Source of the DNA: a candidate division WOR-3 bacterium
Lineage (GTDB): Bacteria > Hydrothermota > 32-111
Reading direction: 5' to 3'
Assembly (NCBI GenBank): GCA_039804105.1
Contig: JBDRZU010000002.1
Location: 32,001-96,000 of the forward strand
DNA: 64,000 bases
Positions 38,258-48,005 of the stretch are shown piece after piece; position 1 is the first letter of the stretch; every line of letters begins with the position of its first letter. The notes beneath the pieces were generated by a model. It saw only the letters and a list, made by a program, of their open reading frames with translations. It had not been told where the DNA came from and searched no databases. The position numbers were made by a program, and so were the translations under genes.

Positions 38258-40147
38258 ATGGACGAGATTTTAAACAAAGTAAACAATCCTGAAGATCTAA
38301 AAAAATTATCCATCGAAGAGTTGTATCAACTCGCAAGTGATATCAGATATTTTATAATAGAAAATACATCGAAAACAGGCGGACATTTGGCACCATCTCT
38401 TGGAGCAGTTGAACTTATAATAGCACTACATTATGTTTTTGATTCACCTAAAGATAAGATAATTTTTGATGTTGGACATCAATCTTACGCTCATAAAATA
38501 TTGACCGGAAGAAAGGATAGATTTTCAACCTTAAGAACATATAAAGGAATAAGTGGATTCAACAATATTTTTGAAAGTGAACATGATCATTTAACTGTTG
38601 GACATGCAGGGACATCGCTTTCAGCAGCACTTGGAATGGCTGTCGCAAGAGATCTCAAAAAGGAAAATTTTGAGATAATAAATTTTATCGGTGATGGTTC
38701 GATGACGAATGGACTTGTTTATGAAGCGTTGAACAACCTTGGAACTTTAAGAAACAAAATCATAATCGTATTAAACGACAACAATATGTCGATATCCCAA
38801 AATGTTGGTGGGATATCACAATATCTGAATAAACTCCAGAGAACTCCCGTATACACTAATCTTAAAAAGGATCTATGGCAACTCATGGGAAAACTTCCTG
38901 ATGGGTTGAGTCAAAAAACAAGAGATATTGCGAGAAGGATGAAGGAATCTTTAAAAAACTTTTTTATCCCAACAATATTTTTTGAAGAGTTTGGAGTAAG
39001 ATACATCGGTCCTCTTGATGGACATAAACTTGAGGATCTCATCCCTACCTTTCAATATGCTAAAAATTATCCTCTACCAATTTTAATCCATGCAATAACA
39101 CAGAAAGGTAGAGGTTACATTTTTGCTGAAAAGGATCCAACAAAATTCCATGGTCTTGGGAAATTTGATAAAGAAACAGGTATTTCTGAAAAAACATCAA
39201 GCAAATTAAAATACACTGATGTTTTTGGAAAAACGATAACAGAGTTTGCAAAAAACAATGATAAAATTATAGGAATTACAGCAGCGATGCCTGATGGAAC
39301 AGGGCTATCATATTTTCGTGATCAGATCCCAGAAAGATTTTTCGATGTTGGTATAGCAGAAGAACACGCTGTTTTATTCTCGGTTGGATTATCTTTACAG
39401 GGGTTTAAACCTGTTTGTGCAATCTATTCAACATTTTTACAGAGAGGTTATGATCAGTTGATACATGATGTATCTTTGATGAAAAGGAATATATTCTTTG
39501 TTCTTGATAGAGCTGGGATAGTTGGAGATGATGGCCCCACACATCATGGTTTGTTTGATCTATCCTATCTGAGAACCGTTCCAGATATGGTCATAATGTC
39601 ACCCAAAGATGAGGATGAGTTAAGAAGTATGGTGAAATTTGGAATAGAGTATAACGAAGGACCCATCGCTTTGAGATATCCAAGAGGTGAAGGTTATGGT
39701 GTAGATATCACTGGTCAAATAAAAGAGATTGAACTTGGGAAAGGAGAACTTTTAATTGACGGAGAAAAGGTCATAATCGTTGCAATCGGTAGTATGGTTT
39801 ATCCTTCAAAGAATGCGGCTTTAAAATGTAAAGAAAAATATGGATTTTCTCCAACAGTTATAAATGCACGATTTGTAAGGCCATTTGACACTGATCTTTT
39901 ATTCTCAAAGATTAAAAACGATGAGGTTATCATAACAGTTGAGGAAAATGTTTTATCTGGTGGATTCGGGGAATATGTTAGAAGAATTTTAAGTGAGAGC
40001 AATTATAAAAACAAGATTATAAACCTTGGGATAAACGATAAATTCGTTGAGATGGGGGCAGTACAAATTTTAAAACAGATCGAAGGACTTGATGAAAATG
40101 GCATATTTAAAAAGATTGAGGAGATATTAGATGAAAAACATTCTTAA
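38258..40147 (+). CDS. dxs: 1-deoxy-D-xylulose-5-phosphate synthase
   Basis: GGHLAPSLG, DVGHQSYAHK, GDGS..EALNN, TAAMPDGTG, DVGIAEEHA, YSTFLQR, DGPTHHG. Confidence 0.98.
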   Translation: MDEILNKVNNPEDLKKLSIEELYQLASDIRYFIIENTSKTGGHLAPSLGAVELIIALHYVFDSPKDKIIFDVGHQSYAHKILTGRKDRFSTLRTYKGISGFNNIFESEHDHLTVGHAGTSLSAALGMAVARDLKKENFEIINFIGDGSMTNGLVYEALNNLGTLRNKIIIVLNDNNMSISQNVGGISQYLNKLQRTPVYTNLKKDLWQLMGKLPDGLSQKTRDIARRMKESLKNFFIPTIFFEEFGVRYIGPLDGHKLEDLIPTFQYAKNYPLPILIHAITQKGRGYIFAEKDPTKFHGLGKFDKETGISEKTSSKLKYTDVFGKTITEFAKNNDKIIGITAAMPDGTGLSYFRDQIPERFFDVGIAEEHAVLFSVGLSLQGFKPVCAIYSTFLQRGYDQLIHDVSLMKRNIFFVLDRAGIVGDDGPTHHGLFDLSYLRTVPDMVIMSPKDEDELRSMVKFGIEYNEGPIALRYPRGEGYGVDITGQIKEIELGKGELLIDGEKVIIVAIGSMVYPSKNAALKCKEKYGFSPTVINARFVRPFDTDLLFSKIKNDEVIITVEENVLSGGFGEYVRRILSESNYKNKIINLGINDKFVEMGAVQILKQIEGLDENGIFKKIEEILDEKHS

Positions 40148-43100
40148 CATTTTTTTCCCAACATATACGCAGAAAAAATTAAAAGAGTATAAAACAATTG
40201 TTGACAAGATAAATTCAGTTTATGAAAATTATTTGAATGATAAATCAATCTCCCCTATAAAAAAAACTGAAGAGTTTAAAAAAAGGATAGAATCTGGAGA
40301 GGATCTCTCATCTCTTCTTGTCGAAAGTTTTGCTCTCGTTAAATATGTTATGAAAAAACTTTATGATGAGAAATACGAATATCAGTATGAGGATATGAAA
40401 TTCGTATGGGATATGGTTCCATACGATGTTCAACTTATGGGTTCTCTTGGACTCTTTGAGGGAAACATTGTAGAGATGGCAACAGGTGAAGGGAAAACAC
40501 TTGTTGCAGTTATGCCTCTTTACCTTCATTCTTTGAAAAAAGAGGGAGCATACCTTGTTACAGTTAACGATTATCTTGCTAAAAGAGACCGTGCGTGGAT
40601 GTATCCCGTTTATGAAAGATTGGGTGTAAGTGTTGGGTTGATCCAAATGGGAATGGATTCTCATGAAAGAAGAAAAAATTATAACTGTGATATAACCTAT
40701 GTTACAAACAATGAGTTCGGGTTCGATTATCTAAGAGACAATATGGCTTTTCAAAGATCGGATAAAGTTTTAAGGGAAAAATTTTACTATGCGATAATAG
40801 ATGAGGTTGATTCCGTTCTCATCGATGAAGCAAGAACACCTCTCATAATTTCTGGTTTTCCATTCGGTGACCCTTCAGAAAAAAGAACAGAACAACTTTA
40901 CAGATCTTTGAATCCATTCGTGAATCAGTTTGTAAGAAGTCAGAAAGAGATCGTCAGAAAGATATTTGAAAAGGCAAAAAAGGATTATCAGGAGAAAGAT
41001 GAAGAGGAAGGTATAAAAGGTTTTTTAACCTGTAAACGAGGACTCCCAAAGATGAAGGAGTTGATCGAACTGATGCAGAATCCTGAAATCCTTACAAAGA
41101 TGGAGAGGATCGAAAACAATCTTTTAAGAGATAAACTCCTTTATACTCTTGATACAGAACTTCTTTACTCGATAGATGAGAAAAGTGGTGCTGTTACCAT
41201 AACGGATAAAGGTGAGGATTATTTTGAAAAAATAAGTCAGGACAAAGAATTCTTCAAAACACCAGAACTTTCAATCGAACTAAAAAAAATTGAAGATGAT
41301 TTTGAAGATCCTGAAGAAAGGAGCAAAAAGAAAAATGAGGTGATGCAAAAGTATGTTGTAAAAAGCGAGCAGATACATGCTTTACATCAACTTTTAAAAG
41401 CTTACACTCTATTTGAAAAAGATGTTGAATATATCGTGCAGAACGGAAAGATAGTTATAGTAGATGAACATACAGGAAGATTGATGCCTGGCAGAAGATT
41501 TTCAGAAGGCCTCCATTCTGCTATCGAAGCGAAAGAGGGAGTAAGGATCGAAGAGGAAACAAAAACTCTTGCAACAATAACCTTGCAAAACCTTTTCAGA
41601 ATGTTTGAAAAACTATCAGGAATGACAGGTACGGCTGAAACGGAAGCAGAAGAGTTTATGCACATTTATAAATTGCCAGTAATAGTTATCCCAACAAACA
41701 AAAAGGTTATCAGAAAAGATTACGATGATCTTGTATTTATAAGGAAAGATGAAAAAATAAAGTATGTTCTTGACCTCATCGTAAAACTTCATGATGCAGG
41801 TATTCCCGTTCTTGTTGGTACAGCATCAGTTCAATCGAGTGAATATTTGGATTCCTTTTTAAAAACGAGAAAGGATCTAACTGGAAAACCATTAAGATAC
41901 AATATTCTAAACGCAAGATACCATGAAAAGGAAGCAAAGATAGTTGCAGAAGCTGGACTCCAGGGAGCAATAACGATAGCAACTAATATGGCTGGAAGAG
42001 GGACAGATATAAAACTAGGAAAAACGATAAAAATGTTGCATGAGAGAAGTTGCCTTCTGTGGGCACTAAAAATAAAAAACGAACTGAACAAAAATCCCTT
42101 GATAATATACACTTCTCCAAAATCAAAAGAATTTTATGAAACACTTTTGAAGGATGATTGGTATTTAAAAGATAAATCCTTATATTTTTCCTTTAATAAA
42201 GATAACTCTGACAAAATAATCATAACAGATGATCTGAGTTTAAAAAATGATAAAAACAGATTCATCATCGAAACTATAGATCCAGAAAAGATTGAAGATA
42301 GAAAAGTTTATGTTGATTTCGATAACTCTGGGAATCCTACAATTTCTTTCCCTGAAGGACTGTTCGTTCTTGGCACAGAAAAACATGAATCAAGAAGAAT
42401 CGATAGACAGTTAAGAGGAAGATCAGGAAGACAGGGAGATCCAGGAGCTTCACTCTTCACAGTTTCACTTGAAGATGATCTCATGAGGATTTTTGGAAAC
42501 GAGAGAATGAGTGAAATGATAAAACGACTTGAAAGTATCTCATCAAGGGATGTAAACATATCACATAAACTTTTGACATCATCTATAGAGAGTGCTCAAA
42601 AGAAAATAGAGTCACTCAACTTCGAAAGAAGAAAATATCTTTTACAGTATGATGATGTTATAAACAAACAGAGAGAGGTTGTTTACCAAATAAGAAACTA
42701 TTTTCTTGAAAAAAAACCAACTATCGAATTTTTGGACAAAGAACTTTTCCTCAAAACTTTACTTGATTTCAAAGAACAGTTTTCAAAAGACAATTCAACC
42801 GACTATAAAAAAAACCTTTTAAGAGAACTTTCCATAGTTTTCAACTGTGATATTTTAAAAGATTTCAGTTTCGAGAATTTTGATGAAACGGTTTTTGAAA
42901 AGATTTATACGACAATCTATGAACACTATAAGAAAAATTTCAACGAGGTTACAGAGTATATAAAAGAGAATGTTTTACAGACAGTCGAAGAGTTTTTAAA
43001 CTCAAACATCGAAGAAGATAAAAGTTTTGAAGAATCTGACAATCAGAAGATAAACGATTTTCTACTTAACAATTTTAAAATTTCATTAAAAATAAAAGAT

Positions 43101-43610
43101 GAAAACATAAAAAAATCTGTATTCGTTGAAAAAGTTAAAAGTGAAATCGAGAAAATTTTTAATGAAAAATTTTCCTTATTTTCGAAAAGGGTTGATATTC
43201 TTCTGTTCAACATATGCAACATCTTCATACACACCATCGACAACCTCTGGATAGAACAGTTGTATGAACTCGATGCGATAAAGGAAGGTATATCGTTAAG
43301 AGGTTACGCACAAAGGGATCCACTCATAGAATACAAAAGGGAAGCATACATTCTGTTCAACGATTTTATGGACAATCTCTTCAAACAGTTCTCTGAAAAA
43401 TTCCTTTCATCCTTTGAACAGATGGAAATAAAAAGGAATGAGATCAAAAGAATGGAAACGATCAAAGAAACGATCTCCAACATCTCAGATGAAGAGAAAG
43501 AGGTCAAGAGTAAACCTGTTGTAAATCAGACAAAAAAGATCGGCAGAAACGATCCATGTTTCTGCGGTTCTGGTAAAAAATATAAAAATTGTCATGGTAA
43601 AGGACTATGA
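40131..43610 (+). CDS. secA: Preprotein translocase ATPase SecA (long form)
   Basis: EMATGEGKT, DEVDSVLIDEARTPLIISG, GMTGTA, ATNMAGRGTDI, HESRRIDRQLRGRSGRQGDPG, C-terminal GRNDPCFCGSGKKYKNCHG. Confidence 0.98.
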   Translation: MKNILNIFFPTYTQKKLKEYKTIVDKINSVYENYLNDKSISPIKKTEEFKKRIESGEDLSSLLVESFALVKYVMKKLYDEKYEYQYEDMKFVWDMVPYDVQLMGSLGLFEGNIVEMATGEGKTLVAVMPLYLHSLKKEGAYLVTVNDYLAKRDRAWMYPVYERLGVSVGLIQMGMDSHERRKNYNCDITYVTNNEFGFDYLRDNMAFQRSDKVLREKFYYAIIDEVDSVLIDEARTPLIISGFPFGDPSEKRTEQLYRSLNPFVNQFVRSQKEIVRKIFEKAKKDYQEKDEEEGIKGFLTCKRGLPKMKELIELMQNPEILTKMERIENNLLRDKLLYTLDTELLYSIDEKSGAVTITDKGEDYFEKISQDKEFFKTPELSIELKKIEDDFEDPEERSKKKNEVMQKYVVKSEQIHALHQLLKAYTLFEKDVEYIVQNGKIVIVDEHTGRLMPGRRFSEGLHSAIEAKEGVRIEEETKTLATITLQNLFRMFEKLSGMTGTAETEAEEFMHIYKLPVIVIPTNKKVIRKDYDDLVFIRKDEKIKYVLDLIVKLHDAGIPVLVGTASVQSSEYLDSFLKTRKDLTGKPLRYNILNARYHEKEAKIVAEAGLQGAITIATNMAGRGTDIKLGKTIKMLHERSCLLWALKIKNELNKNPLIIYTSPKSKEFYETLLKDDWYLKDKSLYFSFNKDNSDKIIITDDLSLKNDKNRFIIETIDPEKIEDRKVYVDFDNSGNPTISFPEGLFVLGTEKHESRRIDRQLRGRSGRQGDPGASLFTVSLEDDLMRIFGNERMSEMIKRLESISSRDVNISHKLLTSSIESAQKKIESLNFERRKYLLQYDDVINKQREVVYQIRNYFLEKKPTIEFLDKELFLKTLLDFKEQFSKDNSTDYKKNLLRELSIVFNCDILKDFSFENFDETVFEKIYTTIYEHYKKNFNEVTEYIKENVLQTVEEFLNSNIEEDKSFEESDNQKINDFLLNNFKISLKIKDENIKKSVFVEKVKSEIEKIFNEKFSLFSKRVDILLFNICNIFIHTIDNLWIEQLYELDAIKEGISLRGYAQRDPLIEYKREAYILFNDFMDNLFKQFSEKFLSSFEQMEIKRNEIKRMETIKETISNISDEEKEVKSKPVVNQTKKIGRNDPCFCGSGKKYKNCHGKGL

Positions 43611-45571
43611 AGGAAAATGAAATCAAGGAAAAGATTGAAAAGTTAAGAAAAGAGATTGAAAAATACGATTATCATTATTACGTTTTGAATGAACCTTTGA
43701 TCGATGATTACGAGTATGATAAACTTTATCACCAACTTTTAGAACTTGAAAAGAAATATCCTGAGTTCTATTCTCCGACCTCCCCTACCCAACGTGTATC
43801 TGATAGAAATATAGAAAATTTTGAAAAATTTGAACATAAACCAAAAATGTTATCCCTTGATAACACATACTCTGATGGTGAAATCTTTGATTTTGATAAA
43901 AGGATCAAAAATATTGTTCAAGAAGATTTTTCATATGTTGTAGAGCCAAAAATAGATGGTGTCGCTGTATCGATAATCTATAAAGATGGGATCTTTTTTA
44001 AGGGACTCACAAGGGGTGATGGTAACATTGGTGATGATGTTTCAGAGAATATTAAAACGATTAGAGAATTACCTTTAACTTTGAAAAGGGAATTCAAAGG
44101 TGAATTAATCGTAAGAGGTGAGGTCTTTTTTACAAAGGAAAGGTTTTCAAAAATTCAGGATATTTATTCGTTTTCGAATGCAAGGAATGCGGCATCGGGA
44201 ACCTTAAAACTTTTATCTCCAAGAGAGGTCAGTAAAAGAAATTTATCGATAAGGATACATACCGTTGTAACCGAACTTGAAAAAACACATATAGAGAGTT
44301 TAAAAAAACTTCAAGAACTTGGAATCCCAGTTGTTGAAAAATACTTTTTCGCAAAAGATATCAAACAGGTTATAGATATTAAAGAAAAATTTAAAGATGA
44401 AAGATACTCTCTCCCCTACGAAACTGATGGAATCGTGATAAAGGTAAATGAACTCTCTTTAAGAGAAAAAATCGGTTACACTTCAAAATCTCCAAGATGG
44501 GCATTTGCGTTCAAATATGAACCTGAAAGAGCGATCACAAAGTTAGTTTCAGTTTCATTTCAGGTTGGAAGGACTGGAGTTATAACTCCAGTTGCAAACC
44601 TTGAACCAGTTTTCATCTCAGGTTCAACCGTTAAAAGATCAACTTTACACAATTTTGATGAAATCGAACGACTCGATCTTATGGTCAATGATTATGTTCT
44701 TATTGAAAAAAGTGGTGAGATAATTCCAAAGGTCATAAAGGTTATAAAGGAGAAAAGGGGAAAAGATTGTCAGAGGATCGAAAGACCAAAAGAATGCCCT
44801 TCATGTGGGCAACCTCTGGTTCAGTATGAAAACGAGGTTGCTTTAAGATGTATCAATAAAAATTGTCCAGCACAGATTGAACTCTCCCTTTTACATTTCT
44901 GTTCAAAAAATGGAATGAACATTGAAAACCTTGGAGAGATGATGGTGAAAAAACTTCTTGAATATAAAATAGTGGAAACGATACCCGACATCTTCAGATT
45001 GAACTATGATAAACTTTTTAAAATTCCAAGAATCAAAGAAAAGAGTGCCAAAAATATTCTCGATTCGATAGAAAGATCGAAAAAAACAACATTAAAGAGG
45101 TTCATATACTCCCTTGGAATAAAAAATGTTGGAGAATATCTTTCTGAAAAATTGTCTGAAAATTATACAAATATAGATGAACTCATAAAATCTGACTATG
45201 AAAAGATCCGAAAAATTGAAGGTGTTGGAGATGAAACAGCAAACAATATAATTCTTTTTTTCAAAAATCAAGAGAATCTAAAGATGATAAAAGAACTTCT
45301 TGAACTTGGAGTAACATTTGAAGGTAAAGCCAAATCTGATATTTTAAAAGGCAAAAATTTTGTTGTTACAGGGACTTTAAAGAATTACAAAAGGGATGAG
45401 ATAAAAAATATAATAATCGAAAACGGTGGAAACTTTTCCGAAAACCTTTCATCAAAAACGGACTATCTGATAGTTGGTACGGATCCGGGTTCGAAACTCG
45501 AGAAAGCAAAAAAATTGAATGTAAAAACGATAGATGAAGATGAATTTTTAAAAATGCTGGAGAACAGATGA
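43607..45571 (+). CDS. ligA: NAD-dependent DNA ligase
   Basis: MLSLDN, EPKIDG, TRGDG, RNAASG, QVGRTG, zinc finger CPSC..C..C, BRCT domain (VVTGTL..GSKLEKA). Confidence 0.98.
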   Translation: MKENEIKEKIEKLRKEIEKYDYHYYVLNEPLIDDYEYDKLYHQLLELEKKYPEFYSPTSPTQRVSDRNIENFEKFEHKPKMLSLDNTYSDGEIFDFDKRIKNIVQEDFSYVVEPKIDGVAVSIIYKDGIFFKGLTRGDGNIGDDVSENIKTIRELPLTLKREFKGELIVRGEVFFTKERFSKIQDIYSFSNARNAASGTLKLLSPREVSKRNLSIRIHTVVTELEKTHIESLKKLQELGIPVVEKYFFAKDIKQVIDIKEKFKDERYSLPYETDGIVIKVNELSLREKIGYTSKSPRWAFAFKYEPERAITKLVSVSFQVGRTGVITPVANLEPVFISGSTVKRSTLHNFDEIERLDLMVNDYVLIEKSGEIIPKVIKVIKEKRGKDCQRIERPKECPSCGQPLVQYENEVALRCINKNCPAQIELSLLHFCSKNGMNIENLGEMMVKKLLEYKIVETIPDIFRLNYDKLFKIPRIKEKSAKNILDSIERSKKTTLKRFIYSLGIKNVGEYLSEKLSENYTNIDELIKSDYEKIRKIEGVGDETANNIILFFKNQENLKMIKELLELGVTFEGKAKSDILKGKNFVVTGTLKNYKRDEIKNIIIENGGNFSENLSSKTDYLIVGTDPGSKLEKAKKLNVKTIDEDEFLKMLENR

Positions 45572-46881
45572 AGGTAAAACTTTCTGGTTTTAATTTCGAT
45601 AGAGATAACAGTGAAAATTTCAAAACTCCTGAAACGATCTGTGCTGCTTATGCAAGAATTTCAAGATCAGAAAAGAGTATTGAAGAGTTAAGAAGAGAAG
45701 CATCAGAGGACATTGAAAACGCAAGAAGATCAAACGAGAAAATAGTTTTTCAACTTGGTCATTCGTCGATCGCTGAACATGCTGTTTTCAACTTTGATCT
45801 TACTGATATTTCAAGATTTTCAATAGAATACATTCAACATCATAGATTGGCTTCATTCACGGAAAAATCACAAAGATATGTTAATATGAAAAATGGCTAC
45901 TTGATACCAGAAGAAATCGAACATGACAGAAATTTAAAAACAGAATATTTAAAATTCTGTGAAAAAGCATTTTCGTTATATAAAGAATCCTTAGAATTTT
46001 TAAACACTCAGAAGGATAAACAGACATCAAATGAGGATTCAAGATATTTTTTACCTCTTTCTACTCTGACACAGTGCGGAATGACGCTGAACGGAAGAAC
46101 TCTTGAATATATGATCGCAAGATTGAAGAGTCAAAATATAGTTGAGTTGAGTAAAATCGCTTCAGAACTTGAGAGGGAGTCGGTCAAACTTGCTCCTTCG
46201 ATAATCAAATATACTGAAGGAAACGAAAAATTCAAAAACTATGAAGATTTTCCAGCATACAAACTCAGTGGAGAAAATGTAAAAATTTTGAACTATACAA
46301 AAAATTTTTCAGATCTTTTTGTAAACTCTTTTCTTTTCCATAAAGAAGGTAAAAGATTTTCAAAAAAAAAGTTTGATAAAACTTTTAAAGAACAACTTAT
46401 CGATGAAATCTTTAAAAATTTAAAATCATACGATAAACCACCAAGAGAGTTTGAACTTGCAGATTACACATTCAGGATAATATGTTCATCATCATGTTTT
46501 GCTCAACTCAAAAGGCACCGTATAGCAACGATAATCACTCAGGGATACTCAACCATATCAAATCCTGTTGTTCCCCACACACTAAAAGAAACAAAATTTG
46601 AAAATGAACTTTTAAAACTCCAACAAGAATCAAATATCCTTGCGAAAAAACTTTACAAAAAAAATCCTTTGCTTTGTAATTACGCTGTTTTAAACGCAAC
46701 AAAAAGATCTGTAATTTTAAAAATGAATGCTAGAGAGATTTATCATTTTGTAAGATTAAGATCTGATAAACATGCCCAGTGGGAGATAAGAGAAATATCA
46801 GATCAAATAACCCAACTTTTGAGAGAGAAAGAACCTATAATGTTTAAATATCTTTCTGGAAAAGATGAATATTTAAAATGA
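45568..46881 (+). CDS. thyX: FAD-dependent thymidylate synthase, two tandem ThyX domains
   Basis: N-domain GHSSIAEHA, HHRLASFTEKSQRY, RYFLP; second domain QLKRHR...MNAREIYHFVRLRSDKHAQWEIR. Confidence 0.88.
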   Translation: MKVKLSGFNFDRDNSENFKTPETICAAYARISRSEKSIEELRREASEDIENARRSNEKIVFQLGHSSIAEHAVFNFDLTDISRFSIEYIQHHRLASFTEKSQRYVNMKNGYLIPEEIEHDRNLKTEYLKFCEKAFSLYKESLEFLNTQKDKQTSNEDSRYFLPLSTLTQCGMTLNGRTLEYMIARLKSQNIVELSKIASELERESVKLAPSIIKYTEGNEKFKNYEDFPAYKLSGENVKILNYTKNFSDLFVNSFLFHKEGKRFSKKKFDKTFKEQLIDEIFKNLKSYDKPPREFELADYTFRIICSSSCFAQLKRHRIATIITQGYSTISNPVVPHTLKETKFENELLKLQQESNILAKKLYKKNPLLCNYAVLNATKRSVILKMNAREIYHFVRLRSDKHAQWEIREISDQITQLLREKEPIMFKYLSGKDEYLK

Positions 46882-48005
46882 ACAATAGACCATTAAAAAT
46901 ACTTTTGGTTTCAGACCCATACTATCCCTACCCATCAGGAATTTCAGAATATACCTTCTATCTTTCAAAATATTTAAAAAAACATCGCAATGAAGTCCAG
47001 ATCCTAACGACACACTACAAAGGAGAAAAGGAAGAGAAAGGTGTGATAAGGTTTGGAAAAGTTTTGATGATACCAATGAACAAATCATACGCAACGATGG
47101 CTTTTGGACTCGATATACCATCGAAGGTTAAAAATCTTCTATCCAACAACGACTTTGATATTGTTCATTTAAACGGCCCCTTTTTCCCATCATTATCCTT
47201 TTTTGCATTACACTATTCAAAAACTAAAAATATCGCTGCTTTTTTGAACGCTGGTTTTAAATTTTACAATTTCGGTTCAAAAATTTTTAGAATCGTATAT
47301 AAAAAATATCTGAACAAAATCGATGGTTATTTTGCTATTTCCGAAACAGCAAAACTCGCTATGGAACCTTATTTCCCAGGTGATTACGAAATAATCCCAG
47401 CAGGTGTTGATGTTGAATTTTTTGAAAGTGAAGGTGAAAAATTTGAAATCGAAGGTTATCCCAAAATACTATTTCTCGGTCGATTGGATGAGAGAAAGGG
47501 TGTTTTAAAAATCATAAATGTTTTCTCTAAACTTTTAAAAATCAAAAAGGATGCAAAATTGATAATCGCAGGCAAAGGTCCTCTCGATGGACAGGCAAAA
47601 CAAATGGTAAAAGACCTCCGTATCGAACGATCAACAATTTTTACTGGATATGTTAAAAAAGATGATATCCCCAAATATTACAGAACAGCAGATATATACT
47701 GCTCTCCCGCTTTAGGTGGTGAGTCCTTTGGCATAGTTCTTCTTGAAGCGATGGCGTGTGGAACTCCAGTAGTTGCTTCAAATATTCATGGTTACTCACA
47801 AGTTATAGAAAACTTAAAGGATGGAGTACTCTTCGATCCACTTTCAGAAGAAGATTTACTTTCGAAACTTATTCTTCTATCTGACGATAAAAATTTAAGA
47901 GAAACCTTAAAGAAAAATGGAAAGAAAAAATCTTTAGATTATTCATGGGAAAATGTGAGTATCAGAATTGAAAACTTTTATAGAAAGATAATATCAAGAA
48001 GTTAA
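46878..48005 (+). CDS. Glycosyltransferase family 4 (PimA-like)
   Basis: HLNGPFFPSLS, LFLGRLDERKG, ADIYCSPALGGESFGIVLLEAMACG. Confidence 0.9.
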   Translation: MNNRPLKILLVSDPYYPYPSGISEYTFYLSKYLKKHRNEVQILTTHYKGEKEEKGVIRFGKVLMIPMNKSYATMAFGLDIPSKVKNLLSNNDFDIVHLNGPFFPSLSFFALHYSKTKNIAAFLNAGFKFYNFGSKIFRIVYKKYLNKIDGYFAISETAKLAMEPYFPGDYEIIPAGVDVEFFESEGEKFEIEGYPKILFLGRLDERKGVLKIINVFSKLLKIKKDAKLIIAGKGPLDGQAKQMVKDLRIERSTIFTGYVKKDDIPKYYRTADIYCSPALGGESFGIVLLEAMACGTPVVASNIHGYSQVIENLKDGVLFDPLSEEDLLSKLILLSDDKNLRETLKKNGKKKSLDYSWENVSIRIENFYRKIISRS

